From Alphaproteobacteria bacterium (lineage in GTDB: Bacteria > Pseudomonadota > Alphaproteobacteria > Bin95), in NCBI GenBank assembly GCA_965205265.1, contig CBDBGH010000003.1, positions 3,104,001 through 3,168,000 of the forward strand: a DNA stretch of 64,000 nucleotides, in the 5' to 3' direction. Positions 51,362-61,977 of the stretch are shown one piece after another (the stretch's first letter is position 1; each line of letters starts with the position of its first letter). Below the pieces are notes generated by a model that ran no database searches, was not told where the DNA came from, and saw only the letters and a program-made list of their open reading frames with translations. Made by a program: the position numbers and the translations under genes.

Positions 51362-52402
51362 ATGCCGAAAATCGCCGCCGGGAAACTGGAAGACACCATC
51401 CGCCGCCTGCTGGCGGCCTGCGGCACGCCGGCCGGGGAGGCGGAGACCGTCGCCCGGCATGTCGTGGACGCCAATCTCTGCGGCCATGACAGCCACGGCG
51501 CGATCCAGATCCCGATCTATATCGACCGGGTCGAGAAGGGGCATATCGTGCCCGGCGCGCCTTTCGAGATCGTCCGCGAGAGCCCGACGACCACGGTGGT
51601 GGACGGCCATTGGGGCTTCGGCTATGCGATTGCCGAGCGGGCGCTGAAGCTGACGATGGAAAAGGCCGAGGCGCAGAACGTCGCCGCCTGCACGATCTTC
51701 CGCCAGAGCCATGTCGGGCGTCTCGGCGCCTATCCGACCATGGCCGCGAAGGCAGGCTTCATCGCCATGATGACCGCCGACTCCGGCCGCTCGGCCAAGA
51801 GCGTGGCGCCGTTCGGCGGCACCGAGGCGCGGCTCGGGACCAACCCGATCGCCATGGCGGTGCCGTCCGCGCGCGGCGAGCCGGTGCTGATCGACATGGC
51901 GACCTCGGCCGTCGCGGCCGGCAAGATCAAGCTCGCCCAGGCGCGCGGCAAGGACATTCCCGAAGGCTGGATCGTGCGCGCGGACGGCGGGGCCTCGACG
52001 GACCCGAACGATTTCGGCAAGGGCGCGGTGCTGCTGCCGCTCGGCGGGAGCGAGGGCCACAAAGGCTACGGCCTCTCCGCGATGGTCGAGATCCTCTCAG
52101 GCCTGCTGACCGGTCTCGGTTTCGGCGTCGAGCCGACGGGCCGGCACAATGACGGCTGCTTCCTCGCGCTCTTCAAGGCCGCCGCCTTCCGGGACCCCGG
52201 CGAGTTCGGGCGCGAGGTGGACGAGTTCGTGGACTATCTGAAGGACACGCGCGCGGCCGCCGGCTTCGGGGAAGTGCTGGCGCCCGGCGAGATCGAGCGG
52301 CGCACCGCCGAAGCCCGCCGGGCGGACGGCATCGACATCGAGGACGCCACCTGGAACCAGTTCAGGGCGCTCGGCGAGAAATACGGCGTGGCGGTGGACT
52401 GA
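51362..52402 (+). CDS. Ldh_2 family (malate/lactate/ureidoglycolate) dehydrogenase
   Basis: GHDSHG, HVGRLG, GTNPI, DMATS, HKGYGL. Confidence 0.92.
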   Translation: MPKIAAGKLEDTIRRLLAACGTPAGEAETVARHVVDANLCGHDSHGAIQIPIYIDRVEKGHIVPGAPFEIVRESPTTTVVDGHWGFGYAIAERALKLTMEKAEAQNVAACTIFRQSHVGRLGAYPTMAAKAGFIAMMTADSGRSAKSVAPFGGTEARLGTNPIAMAVPSARGEPVLIDMATSAVAAGKIKLAQARGKDIPEGWIVRADGGASTDPNDFGKGAVLLPLGGSEGHKGYGLSAMVEILSGLLTGLGFGVEPTGRHNDGCFLALFKAAAFRDPGEFGREVDEFVDYLKDTRAAAGFGEVLAPGEIERRTAEARRADGIDIEDATWNQFRALGEKYGVAVD

Positions 52403-52409
52403 GGCCTGG

Positions 52410-53960
52410 CTACTCCCACTCGATGGTGCCGGGCGGCTTGGAGGTTATGTCGTAAACCACGCGGTTGATGCCGGGCACCTCATTGACAATGCGCACGGCG
52501 ACCCGGCCGAGGAAGCCCGCGTCGAAGGGGTAGAAGTCCGCCGTCATGCCGTCGGCGGAGGTGACGGCGCGGAGCGCGCAGGCCTGCTCATAGGTGCGGT
52601 CGTCGCCCATGACGCCCACCGTGCGCACCGGCAGCAGCACCGCGAAGGCCTGCCAGATGTCGTCATAGAGCCCCGCGCGGCGGATCTCCTCCAGGAAGAC
52701 AGCGTCGGCCCGCCGGAGCGCCTCCAGCTTGTCCGGCTCCACCGCGCCCGGCATCCGGATCGCCAGCCCCGGCCCCGGAAAGGGATGGCGGCCGACGAAC
52801 CGGTCCGGCAGGCCGAGCTCCCGGCCGAGCGCGCGCACCTCGTCCTTGAACAGCATCCTGAGCGGCTCGACCAGCCTGAGGCCCATGCGCTCGGGCAGGC
52901 CGCCGACATTGTGGTGCGACTTGATCGTGACCGACGGGCCGCCGTCGAAGGCGACCGACTCGATGACGTCCGGATAGAGCGTTCCCTGGGCGAGAAAGTC
53001 CGCGCCGCCGAGCTTCGCGGCCTCTTCCTCGAACACCTCGATGAAGGCGGCGCCGATGATCTTGCGCTTGCTCTCCGGGTCCTCGACGCCGGCCAGCCGC
53101 CCCAGGAACAGCGGGCCCGCCTCGGCATGCACGAGCGGGATGTTGAAATGGCCGCGGAACAGGCCCACCACTTCATCCGCCTCGCCGGCGCGCATCAGGC
53201 CGGTATCCACGAAGATGCAGCTGAGCCGGTCCCCGACCGCTTCATGCAGCAGCAGCGCGGCGACGGTGCTGTCCACGCCGCCGGAGAGCCCGCACACGAC
53301 CCGTCCGCCGCCGACCGCCGCCCGGATTTGCGCCACGGCCGTTTCCCGGAAGGCCGCCATCGACCAGTCGCCCTTCGCCCCGGCGATACGGCGCACGAAG
53401 TTGCGGATCAGCCCGGCGCCGTCGGGGGTATGCACGACCTCGGGGTGGAACTGCACGCCGTAGAGCCGCCGGCTCTCATCTGCGATGGCGGCATAGGGCG
53501 CGGCTTCGCTGCGCGCGGCGACCCGGAACCCCTCCGGCAGCGTCTCGACCCGGTCGCCGTGGCTCATCCATACCGGGTAGCGCCCGCCCGGCTCCCAGAC
53601 GCCCTCGAACAGCGCGCTCTCGGCGACCGCTTCCACCGTTGCGCGCCCGAACTCCCGGTGGTCGGCGGACCGGACGCGGGCGCCCATCTGCGCCGCCATG
53701 ACCTGCTGCCCGTAACAGATTCCCAGCACCGGCGCGCCCGCCTCGAACAGCGCCGGATGGGCCGACGGCGCCGAGGATGAGAGCACCGAGGCCGGCCCGC
53801 CCGAAAGAATGACCGCGACCGGCGCGAAGTCGGCAAGGAAGGCGCCGTCCACCCTGTTGAAGGGATGGACCTCCGAATAGACGCCCGCCTCGCGAACCCG
53901 GCGGGCGATGAGTTGCGTAACCTGACTGCCGAAATCGACGATCAGGACCCGTTCGCTCAC
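52410..53960 (-). CDS. guaA: GMP synthase (glutamine-hydrolysing)
   Basis: [38 protein letters not shown]. Confidence 0.98.
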   Translation of the reverse strand: MSERVLIVDFGSQVTQLIARRVREAGVYSEVHPFNRVDGAFLADFAPVAVILSGGPASVLSSSAPSAHPALFEAGAPVLGICYGQQVMAAQMGARVRSADHREFGRATVEAVAESALFEGVWEPGGRYPVWMSHGDRVETLPEGFRVAARSEAAPYAAIADESRRLYGVQFHPEVVHTPDGAGLIRNFVRRIAGAKGDWSMAAFRETAVAQIRAAVGGGRVVCGLSGGVDSTVAALLLHEAVGDRLSCIFVDTGLMRAGEADEVVGLFRGHFNIPLVHAEAGPLFLGRLAGVEDPESKRKIIGAAFIEVFEEEAAKLGGADFLAQGTLYPDVIESVAFDGGPSVTIKSHHNVGGLPERMGLRLVEPLRMLFKDEVRALGRELGLPDRFVGRHPFPGPGLAIRMPGAVEPDKLEALRRADAVFLEEIRRAGLYDDIWQAFAVLLPVRTVGVMGDDRTYEQACALRAVTSADGMTADFYPFDAGFLGRVAVRIVNEVPGINRVVYDITSKPPGTIEWE

Positions 53961-55096
53961 CGGCGGTCCTCCAGGCGGGCGGACACGGTGCGGGCCAGCA
54001 GCTTGATCTCGGTGCGCAGATCCTCCGTCAGTTCGCTGCGCCCCGCCCGCAGCTCATCGCGCATCTGCAGGAGCGCCGAATCCAGGCTCGCGATATGCCG
54101 GCGGGTGGTCTCGTCCATGCCGCCGCGCTGCCCGGTTTCCAGCAGCCGGCGCAACAGCGTCTGGGTCTCGATCTGCTCTTCCGCGAGCCGGGCATGGGCA
54201 GCCTGGCTGGTACTCAGCTGTTCGGCGAGGCCGGCCAGCGTCTCCGACAGGGCCTCGAGATTGCGGTTCACCGAATGGCGGCCCTCTTCCGCCCTGCCGA
54301 CGATGCGGCGCAGGTCCTCCAGGTTCTCCGCCGTGGTTTCGAGCAGCGCCTGGATGTAGGTCGGCACCGAATGGTCGCCGTCCACGAAGCCCGGGCCGCT
54401 GGTGCCGAGGCGGGTGAGCGAGGACAGCCACTCCTCCAGTTCGTTCACGAACCGGCTCGACGCCTGCGACGCCTGGAGGTCGAGGAATCCGAGCACCAGC
54501 GCCCCGGACAGCCCGAACAGCGAGGAGCTGAACGCCGTGCCCATGCCCGCCAGCGGCGCATCGAGGCCGGATTTGAGTTCTTCGAAGACGCCGGTGAGGC
54601 TGCCCGCGGCAATCTCCAGCCCGCCTATGACATCGCCTATGGCGGAGACCGTCTGGATGAGGCCCCAGAAGGTGCCGATGAGGCCGAGGAAGATGAGCAG
54701 CCCGGCAAGGTAGCGCGCCGTCTCGCTCGCCTCGTCGACGCGCGAGGCCACGCCGTCGAGGATCGAGCGCATGGAGACGGCCGAGAACCGCACCGGGGCT
54801 TCCGAGGAAAAGGCCGTGGCGAGCGTCGCCAGCAATTGCGGCCGCGCGGGTTCCGGCGCACCGCGGCCGGGCGCGGGGCCCTGGATCGAGCGTATCCACG
54901 CGATTTCCCGGAACAGCCGCAGCACATGGCGGAAATTATAGGCGATGCCGATCGACAGCACGCCGAGGATCAGGCCGTTCAGGGCCGGATTGGCCATGAA
55001 TGCGTCCGCGACCGGGCCGAACAGCAGCGCCGTCGCCGCAACGACCACCGCGACGAACACGGCCATCCGTATCAGATACTGGGTCGGACGGGTCAT
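53957..55096 (-). CDS. MotA/TolQ/ExbB-like membrane protein
   Basis: [35 protein letters not shown]. Confidence 0.85.
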   Translation of the reverse strand: MTRPTQYLIRMAVFVAVVVAATALLFGPVADAFMANPALNGLILGVLSIGIAYNFRHVLRLFREIAWIRSIQGPAPGRGAPEPARPQLLATLATAFSSEAPVRFSAVSMRSILDGVASRVDEASETARYLAGLLIFLGLIGTFWGLIQTVSAIGDVIGGLEIAAGSLTGVFEELKSGLDAPLAGMGTAFSSSLFGLSGALVLGFLDLQASQASSRFVNELEEWLSSLTRLGTSGPGFVDGDHSVPTYIQALLETTAENLEDLRRIVGRAEEGRHSVNRNLEALSETLAGLAEQLSTSQAAHARLAEEQIETQTLLRRLLETGQRGGMDETTRRHIASLDSALLQMRDELRAGRSELTEDLRTEIKLLARTVSARLEDRR

Positions 55097-55145
55097 GGTT
55101 CCCGGTCGATCCCTGCCGGGCGGCCCGCTTTTTCAGCCCGGTTCT

Positions 55146-56690
55146 TCAACTTCGCCCGACCGGGACGACATCGACGCGCGCCCCGGCCTCCCCGCCGGCG
55201 CCTGCCGCCCGCGCCACGATGCGGGCCTCCGGCACGCCGGCAGCGATCAGCAGGCGGCGGACTTCCATGGCGCGCGACAACGCTTCGCGCCGGGCCTCGA
55301 CGCCGTCGCGTTCGGCGGAGCCGGAATAAGCGCGGATCTCGACACCGGTCCCGCTGCTTCGGACGAGCCTTGCGGCAAGGCTGCCGAGCCGTGCGCGGTC
55401 CTCCGCGCCGAGAACCGTTCCGCCCGCTTCGTAGAAGAACGTCTCGGACGGCATACCCGTCCCGACCGGCGCGGCGATCGCCGCGAGGCCGGGCGCATCG
55501 AGCACCAGCGCCCGGCGCCGCGTTTCGGGCGCGCCGGCCCCGGACTCGGCGGGAGGCGGCAGGACACCGGCCCCGGACGCTCCGGTCGCCGGGGGCGGCG
55601 GCGGCAACCCGCCTGCAGGCGCCGGTGAAGCGGTGGCGCTGCGGGGCGCATCCGTCGCCGGAGCCGGGGGCGGCAGGCGGAACCGCATTTCGAACCCGGC
55701 GGACATTGCGGCGCCGCTTTCCGTTCGGCGCGGCTGGATCGGCCGGGGCGTCGGCAGTTTCGCCCGAAGCGGTTGCTCCGGGCGAGCCGCGCCGTTCGTC
55801 TCGTTGGCGCGGTTCAGGAACGCCTGGAGCGTCGGGGTTGCCTCTGTCTTCCCGGCAGGCGTGCGGCGCACGGGCAAGGCGGCGACCCGCGCCGGCTCGG
55901 CCGATGCGGCCGGCGCGGGCGCTGCCGGCTTCGACAAGGGTGGGGTCGATGGTCCGGCGGCCGTTTCGGGCTGTAAGTCAGCAGCGGGCGCGACCGGCGG
56001 GTCGGCGCGCCGGGCCGATGGCGGCGTTTGCGCTTCCGGCTCCAAGTCCCCAGCAGACACGGCCGCCAGTTCCGGCGTATCCGGCAGCGCCGGAGGCTGC
56101 GCCTCGGGCGGCGGGGCAACGCGCTCGGGCGAAGGCAGCGTTGGCGCTTCCGGCTGCAAGTCCGCAGCAGGGGCGGCCGCCAGTTCCGGCGTGTCCGGCA
56201 GCGCCGGAGGCTGCGCCTCGGGCAGCGGGGCGACGCGCTCGGGCCGAGGCGGCGTTTGCGTCTCCGGATGCAAAGCCTCGGCGGGAACGGCTGCCAGTTC
56301 CGTCGAGTCCGGCGGCACCGGAGGCTGTGTTTCGGATGCCGGGTCCGGAACAGGCGCAGCCGGCGGCTCGGGACGCGCTTCCGCCATGGGCGGGGCCGGC
56401 GGGTCGTAGCGCTCGGGCAAGGCCGGCGGCTCCGGCTGCGGAACGCTGAGGGTCAGATATCGCCGGGCCCGGCGGTCCTGCCTGCGCAACGCGCTCCGCC
56501 GGCGGTCCGCCGACAGGTTGTCGATCACGCCGAAATCGACGGTCACGGACGGCTTCCTGCTTTCGCCGCTCTTCCAGCGCGCCCCGCCGCTGTCGATTAC
56601 CAGCATGTCCTGCGCATCGGCGCGCCAGGCGGCCGTGAGGAGCAGAACCAGCGCCACTGCCGCTCGTGGAATGCCTCGGTAGCGCGCCAT
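55146..56690 (-). CDS. Exported Pro/Ala-rich protein with C-terminal OmpA-like domain
   Basis: Signal peptide; C-terminal EIRAYS...ARREALSRAMEVRRLLIAAGV...RVDV. Confidence 0.78.
   Translation of the reverse strand: MARYRGIPRAAVALVLLLTAAWRADAQDMLVIDSGGARWKSGESRKPSVTVDFGVIDNLSADRRRSALRRQDRRARRYLTLSVPQPEPPALPERYDPPAPPMAEARPEPPAAPVPDPASETQPPVPPDSTELAAVPAEALHPETQTPPRPERVAPLPEAQPPALPDTPELAAAPAADLQPEAPTLPSPERVAPPPEAQPPALPDTPELAAVSAGDLEPEAQTPPSARRADPPVAPAADLQPETAAGPSTPPLSKPAAPAPAASAEPARVAALPVRRTPAGKTEATPTLQAFLNRANETNGAARPEQPLRAKLPTPRPIQPRRTESGAAMSAGFEMRFRLPPPAPATDAPRSATASPAPAGGLPPPPPATGASGAGVLPPPAESGAGAPETRRRALVLDAPGLAAIAAPVGTGMPSETFFYEAGGTVLGAEDRARLGSLAARLVRSSGTGVEIRAYSGSAERDGVEARREALSRAMEVRRLLIAAGVPEARIVARAAGAGGEAGARVDVVPVGRS
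55965..56340 (-). repeat. In-frame 114-bp (38-aa) tandem repeat, about 3 diverged copies
   Basis: ggc(c/t)gccagttccg at 56061, 56175 and 56289; PEAQPPALPDTPELAA... units; boundaries approximate. Confidence 0.85.
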
Positions 56691-56729
56691 CTCCCCTTCC
56701 GCTGCAGCGTCGGCAGCATGGCCCGCACT

Positions 56730-57560
56730 CTATGCCGCCCGCCCTGACGGCGCAACCGGAGCGGGCCCCGCCGCCTTCTCCATGAGGCGGAGCAAAGGGC
56801 CGTGCAGGCGGTCGTTGGCGGCAAGGATGTCGCCTGTCTCCAGCATGGTTCCGGACCCGTCGGTATGGGACACCGCGCCGCCGGCTTCGCGCACCAGCAG
56901 CACGCCTGCCGCGATGTCCCACCGGTTGAGGCCCGAATGCCAGAAGCCGTCGAGGCGCCCGTCCGCGACCCAGGCGAGGTCGAGCGCCGCCGCGCCGAGC
57001 CGGCGCAGGCTCGCGCCCGCGCCCTTCAGCGCCGCATGCTGGCGGAGGTAGCGGGCCCTCGCCTCGGCCCCGCCGCCCGCCTCTTCGCCGCTGGCCAGGA
57101 TGCAATGCGTCAGGCGCGTCCGCGCCGAGACGCGCAGCCGCCGGTTGTTCGCATAGGCGCCGACGCCCCGCGCGGCCCAGTAGGTGTCGTCGGTGAGCGG
57201 GTTATAGACGAGCGCGGCAACCGGCTCGCCGTCGCGTTCGAGCGCGATGGATATGCAGAAATGCGGGATGCCGTGCAGGAAATTCCCCGTCCCGTCGAGC
57301 GGATCGACGACCCACCGGTTGCTGGTGTCGGCGCCCGCGACGGCGCCGCTTTCCTCGAGCAGGAAGCCGTATCGCGGCCGCGCGCGCTCCAGCTCCTCGA
57401 CGATCCGGCGTTCGGCCTGCCGGTCCGCGACCGAGACGAAATCGCCCGGCCCCTTCTCCGAAACCTGGAGGTTCTCGACCTCGCCGAAATCGCGCGCGAG
57501 CCCGCGTCCGGCGGCATGCGCCGCCCGCAGCATGACGTTGATTTCGGCCGGGCGGCGCAT
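56730..57560 (-). CDS. suhB: Inositol monophosphatase
   Basis: RDFGEVENLQVS, WVVDPLDGT.NF, GAAALDL, WDIAAG. Confidence 0.93.
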   Translation of the reverse strand: MRRPAEINVMLRAAHAAGRGLARDFGEVENLQVSEKGPGDFVSVADRQAERRIVEELERARPRYGFLLEESGAVAGADTSNRWVVDPLDGTGNFLHGIPHFCISIALERDGEPVAALVYNPLTDDTYWAARGVGAYANNRRLRVSARTRLTHCILASGEEAGGGAEARARYLRQHAALKGAGASLRRLGAAALDLAWVADGRLDGFWHSGLNRWDIAAGVLLVREAGGAVSHTDGSGTMLETGDILAANDRLHGPLLRLMEKAAGPAPVAPSGRAA

Positions 57561-57566
57561 TCAGGG

Positions 57567-58133
57567 TCAGTCCTTGGCCCGCTCGACATAGCTGAGGTCG
57601 TTCGGGTTCACGACGATGCGCGCGCCGACCTTGATATGCGGCGGCACCATCACCTTCACGCCGTTCTCCAGCAGTGCCGGCTTGTAGGAGGAAGACGCCG
57701 TCTGCCCCTTCACCACGGGCTCCGCCTCCACGACCTCGAGCGAAATCCGCGTCGGCAGTTCGAGGCCGACCGGGCTGCCGTCCACCGTCATCACCTTGAC
57801 CTCCAGCCCGTCCTGGAGGAACGGCGCGCCGTCGCCGACCGTGCCGGCGTCGAGCGAGAACTGGTCGTAGGTCTCGTTATCCATGAAGGTGTAGCCGTCG
57901 GCCTCGGCATAGAGGAACTGGCAGGGCCGCTCTTCCGTCGTCAGCCGCTCCACGCTGTCGGCCGTGCGCCAGCGTTCCTGGGTCTTCACGCCGGTCTTCA
58001 GGTCGCGCATTTCGACGGCGATGAAGGCATTGCCCTTGCCGGGCAGGATCAGGTCGATCTTGATGACGACGCACTGCTTGCCGTCATGCTCGATCACATT
58101 GCCGGGACGGATGGTGTTCGCCTGGATTCGCAT
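57567..58133 (-). CDS. efp: Elongation factor P
   Basis: PGKG loop, FMD.ETYDQ, KGQTASSSYKPA, YVER. Confidence 0.96.
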   Translation of the reverse strand: MRIQANTIRPGNVIEHDGKQCVVIKIDLILPGKGNAFIAVEMRDLKTGVKTQERWRTADSVERLTTEERPCQFLYAEADGYTFMDNETYDQFSLDAGTVGDGAPFLQDGLEVKVMTVDGSPVGLELPTRISLEVVEAEPVVKGQTASSSYKPALLENGVKVMVPPHIKVGARIVVNPNDLSYVERAKD

Positions 58134-58314
58134 GCGTGCCCTCGGGCCGGGAAAATCGAGCGCCCTTCTAGCAAGCCGGGCCCGCGCCGACAAATGCGGC
58201 CGGCTTGCCGAGGGCGGGACGACGGGCGGCTGCGGGACGGTGGCAGATCGGCGGAGTCTGCGCTAACCTTCCGGCTGCGGCGCATGCCGGCGCCTACCGG
58301 CCGCGGAACATCCC

Positions 58315-59100
58315 ATGAAACTGACGGATACGCAGCTCGCGCGGTTCCGGGAGGACGGGTTCCTCATTCTCCCGTCGCTGTTCTCGCCCGGGGAGGTCGA
58401 GGTGCTGAAGGCGGAACTGCCGCGCCTGTTCGCCGAGCGCCGGCCGGAGAACTTCCGGGAGAAGCGGAGCGATGCCGTGCGCACGGCCATGGCCCTGCAC
58501 CGGCGCAGCGAGGTCTATGCCCGCCTCGTCCGCCATCCGCGGCTCGTGGAGCCCGCCCGGCAAATCCTGGGCGACGATCTCTACATCCAGCAGGTCAAGG
58601 TGAATGCCAAGGAGGCGTTCTCGGGCGATGTCTGGCAATGGCACTACGATTTCGCCACCCATCGCGGCGAGGACGGCGTGCCGGAGCCGCTCGCGCTCAA
58701 CCTTCACGTGCTGCTCGACGAAGCGACGGAGTTCAACGGGCCGATCGTCTTCATCCGCGGCTCGCACAGGCGCGGGGCCGCGCCGGCGGTGCTGGATACC
58801 GAGACGACGAGCTATCCGCTCTGGGTGGTCGATAACGAGACCGTGGCCGGCCTGGCGGCCGAAGGCGGCCTGGTCGCCGCCAAGGGGCCGCCCGGCACGG
58901 TGCTGATCTTCGGCGACGCGCTGGTGCACGGCTCATCCATCAACATGTCGCCCTGGCCGCGCACGATCTTCTCGCTGATCCTGAACCCGGTCTCCAACGC
59001 ACTGACCCGCCACAAACGGCCGGAGCACCAGCATCACCGCGACCTGACCCCGGTCGCGCCGCTCGACGACGCCTGCCTGCTCGCAGACGCGACCGGGTAA
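58315..59100 (+). CDS. Phytanoyl-CoA dioxygenase family 2OG-Fe(II) enzyme (ectoine/proline hydroxylase-like)
   Basis: KVNAK, WQWHYD, NGP...GSH, VHGS..N. Confidence 0.85.
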   Translation: MKLTDTQLARFREDGFLILPSLFSPGEVEVLKAELPRLFAERRPENFREKRSDAVRTAMALHRRSEVYARLVRHPRLVEPARQILGDDLYIQQVKVNAKEAFSGDVWQWHYDFATHRGEDGVPEPLALNLHVLLDEATEFNGPIVFIRGSHRRGAAPAVLDTETTSYPLWVVDNETVAGLAAEGGLVAAKGPPGTVLIFGDALVHGSSINMSPWPRTIFSLILNPVSNALTRHKRPEHQHHRDLTPVAPLDDACLLADATG

Positions 59101-59128
59101 GACGGCCCGGTCCGGCTGTTTCCGGCGC

Positions 59129-59162
59129 CGGGGCGCCGCCGTCCGGGAACGGCGGCGCCCCG
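59129..59162. terminator. 14-bp GC-rich hairpin between convergent genes (likely terminator)
   Basis: cggggcgccgccgt-ccggga-acggcggcgccccg; weak U tracts. Confidence 0.6.
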
Positions 59163-59176
59163 CCCGTTTCGAGCGG

Positions 59177-60811
59177 TCAGGCCTGCGCCGGTTGCGCTTC
59201 GGCTTCCGCCGGTACGGCCGAGCTGTCCTCCTGCAGCGACTTGACGAGGCCGTAGGTCATGAACAGCATGATGACCGAGATCGGCAACGCCGCCGCGATC
59301 GAGGCCGTTTGCAGCGCCTTCAGGCCGCCGGCCGCCAGCAGCGCCGCGGCAACGCAGCCTTCTCCCATGCCCCAGACGATGCGGAAGCGCTGCGGCGGGT
59401 TGTCGTCGCCCATGGACAGCATCGTCGTGATGACCAGCGTGCCCGAGTCCGACGAGGTGATGAACCAGGTCGCCAGCAACAGCGTCGCCAGCGCCGAGAC
59501 GATCCACTGCAACATCGAAATGTCGGTCAGGCGCTCGATGGTGCCGTAGAGCGCCGCCGGCAGGTTCCATGCACGCACCAGGTCGACGATGCCGGCCGTG
59601 CCCGCGCCGCCCTCGGCCATGAGCTCCATATAGATGGCGTTGCCGCCGAACATGCACAGCCAGAAGAACGAGATCGAGGTCGGAACGAACAGCACGCCCA
59701 CCATGAACTGGCGGATCGTGCGGCCGCGGCTGATGCGGGCGATGAACATGCCGACGAAGGGCGCCCAGGAAATCCACCAGCCCCAGTAGAAGATGGTCCA
59801 GCCGCCCTGCCAGGCGATTTCCTTGTCGGTTCCGGCGGTCCAGAAACCCACCGGCACGAAGTTCCAGAGGTAGTCGCCGATGGAAGTGACGAAGAAGCCC
59901 ATCAGCCACTTGAACGGGCCGAAGAACAGGAAGAAGGCCAGCAGCACGATCGAGAGCCAGATATTCCACTCCGAGATGATGCGGATGCCGTTGCCGACGC
60001 CCGAGACCGCCGACAGCGTGGCGACGATCGAGATGACCAGGATAAGCACCAGCTGAGTCGCCAGTCCGGGGTCGATCCCGAACAGCACATTCAGGCCGGT
60101 CGCCATCTGCTGCACGCCGAGGCCGAGCGAGGTGGCGACGCCGAACACCGTGCCGAACACGGCCAGCAGATCGACGCCGTGGCCGATCGGACCGTAGATC
60201 TTGTCGCCGATGACGGGATAAAGCGCCGAACGCAGGGTGAGCGGCAGCTTCTTGCGGAACCCGAAATAGGCCAAGCACAGCCCGATCATCACGTACATCG
60301 CCCAGGCGTGGAAACCCCAGTGGAAGTAGGTGACGCGCATGGCGTGGACCGCACGGTTCACGTCCATGTCGGTCGCGCCGGCGGCATCGGCATGGGGATT
60401 GTTCGGGTATCCCCAGGGCGCGCTGTTGTCGAAGTAGAACATCGGCTCGGCGACGCCGAAGAACAGGATGCCGATGCCGACGCCGGCGGAGAACAGCATG
60501 GCGAACCAGGAAAAATTGCTGAACTCCGGTCGCGACTCGTCGCCCCCGAGACGGATCGAGCCGTGGCGCGAGAACATCAGGAAGATGCAGACGGTCAGAA
60601 ATACCACGCCGATCAGGATGTAGTACCAGGCCAGCGAAGCCTCGACCCAGCCGCGGACCGCCTGGTAGATGCTGCTGGCGAAGTCCACGTTCAGGATCGT
60701 GAACACGACGAAGGCGACGACCATGCCTTTCGCCGCGAATCCCATGCCGCTGTGCAGGCCCTTCATCAGCCCTGCATCGGCCACGAGCGCTTCCCGCCTG
60801 TTCTCCGCCAT
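59177..60811 (-). CDS. BCCT (betaine/carnitine/choline) transporter
   Basis: WFAMLFSAGVGIG, FHWGFHAW, GWTIFYWGWWISWAPFVGMFIARISRGRT, TSSDS. Confidence 0.95.
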   Translation of the reverse strand: MAENRREALVADAGLMKGLHSGMGFAAKGMVVAFVVFTILNVDFASSIYQAVRGWVEASLAWYYILIGVVFLTVCIFLMFSRHGSIRLGGDESRPEFSNFSWFAMLFSAGVGIGILFFGVAEPMFYFDNSAPWGYPNNPHADAAGATDMDVNRAVHAMRVTYFHWGFHAWAMYVMIGLCLAYFGFRKKLPLTLRSALYPVIGDKIYGPIGHGVDLLAVFGTVFGVATSLGLGVQQMATGLNVLFGIDPGLATQLVLILVISIVATLSAVSGVGNGIRIISEWNIWLSIVLLAFFLFFGPFKWLMGFFVTSIGDYLWNFVPVGFWTAGTDKEIAWQGGWTIFYWGWWISWAPFVGMFIARISRGRTIRQFMVGVLFVPTSISFFWLCMFGGNAIYMELMAEGGAGTAGIVDLVRAWNLPAALYGTIERLTDISMLQWIVSALATLLLATWFITSSDSGTLVITTMLSMGDDNPPQRFRIVWGMGEGCVAAALLAAGGLKALQTASIAAALPISVIMLFMTYGLVKSLQEDSSAVPAEAEAQPAQA

Positions 60812-61029
60812 GACGCCGTCTCCTCTTTCGCTGTCGCGAGGTCCTCCATGAAGCCCTGCCGGTTCGTCGGCAGGCATAACAAACGCGCTCCCTCCCCATG
60901 CTTCGGGAGCGCGGCGACGCCGGTGAATCGACGACTCGAATGCAAGCCTGCACCGGATGGCAGCCGGTCTGCAAGCAAAAATGTCGCACCCGCCGCATGC
61001 CGCCGGGGACAGCGCGGGCCGGGCGCGAC

Positions 61030-61305
61030 CTAACCCGGCCGCGGCCGGCGATAGGTCGTGGAAGACCGCCGGGAGATGTTTGCGATGGTCACCCGCCTGG
61101 AGTCACCGTCAATTTCAAAAAGGATTCTCCACGATCCGACGCGCCGCCGGAACGCGCCGTGGAGCCCTTTCAATTTGCGCACATCGCCGGCAAGCGGATC
61201 GCTCGACATTTCTTCCAGGGCCCGGCGAATTCGCAGGAGATCGGGTCCCGCAATCGAACGAAAGTCTCGTTCAGCCCGCCGCCCTACGACGACCGTCCAA
61301 GTCAT
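61030..61305 (-). CDS. RelE/ParE family toxin
   Basis: RAERDFR...DVRKLKG...FRRRVGSWRILF...ISRR. Confidence 0.85.
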   Translation of the reverse strand: MTWTVVVGRRAERDFRSIAGPDLLRIRRALEEMSSDPLAGDVRKLKGLHGAFRRRVGSWRILFEIDGDSRRVTIANISRRSSTTYRRPRPG

Positions 61306-61495
61306 TCAAAAGATCGTCCAAAAGAACATAGTCTCCGCTTTGCACGTCTTCTCGCGCCTGCCGCAGGGCCTGCCGGTCCCCCTCGTCCGGTTCCTCTTCG
61401 GGGAACGGCTTCACGCGATTCAGGGCGCTTTCGACATCTTCCGGCAATCCGGTCGAACGATGCGCCGCGTGGGTTTTCGGATTCCTGCCCGCCAA
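61271..61495 (-). CDS. Putative antitoxin upstream of RelE (N-terminus possibly degraded)
   Basis: Acidic EEEPDEGDRQALRQAREDVQSGDYVLLDDL, overlapping the toxin start. Confidence 0.55.
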   Translation of the reverse strand: MAGRNPKTHAAHRSTGLPEDVESALNRVKPFPEEEPDEGDRQALRQAREDVQSGDYVLLDDLLNDLDGRRRAAG

Positions 61496-61671
61496 GATGA
61501 GATTCCATGTCGCGAGTATTGAACATTAGAACATGGGGAGTCGTCCGTTCAAATGAAAATTCCGCCGTGACCCGGCCCCGCCGCCGCCAGGGCCGCGCAC
61601 TGGCGGGCCGGAAGATGCCGGTTTCGAAGCAAGCGGCCCACTCGACCGGAAGCGGAGTGTCGCGAGGCAGC

Positions 61672-61965
61672 CTAGCCAACCGCGGCAGCGCGGGTGGGAA
61701 GTTCGCGAATCGCCGCCCCTGTCTCCCTGTCGGCCTGCGCCAGATCGTATTGGGCCTGAAGGTTCAACCAGAATTGCGGCTCCGACCCGAACCAGTGGCC
61801 CAGGCGCAATGCGGTATCGCCGGTGATCGAGCGCTTGCCGGCGATGATCTGGCCGATCCGGTTCGGGGGCACGCCGATCTGGCGGGCGAGCCCGGTGGGA
61901 GTAACAGCCAGTTCTTCCAACTCGTCCCTGAGGACCTCGCCCGGGTGGACTGCGTTCCCGAACAT
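61672..61965 (-). CDS. higA: HigA family antitoxin
   Basis: VHPGEVL, RIGQIIAGKRSIT.DTALRL..WFG.EPQFWLNLQ..YDL. Confidence 0.92.
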   Translation of the reverse strand: MFGNAVHPGEVLRDELEELAVTPTGLARQIGVPPNRIGQIIAGKRSITGDTALRLGHWFGSEPQFWLNLQAQYDLAQADRETGAAIRELPTRAAAVG

Positions 61966-61977
61966 CGGCGTGTCCTT

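Noticed and set aside
60812-61029. Riboswitch upstream of the BCCT transporter
   Set aside because: Only generic GC-rich hairpins; no recognisable aptamer consensus.
61521-61532. GAAC-N4-GAAC as an alphaproteobacterial LexA box
   Set aside because: Canonical spacing is N7.
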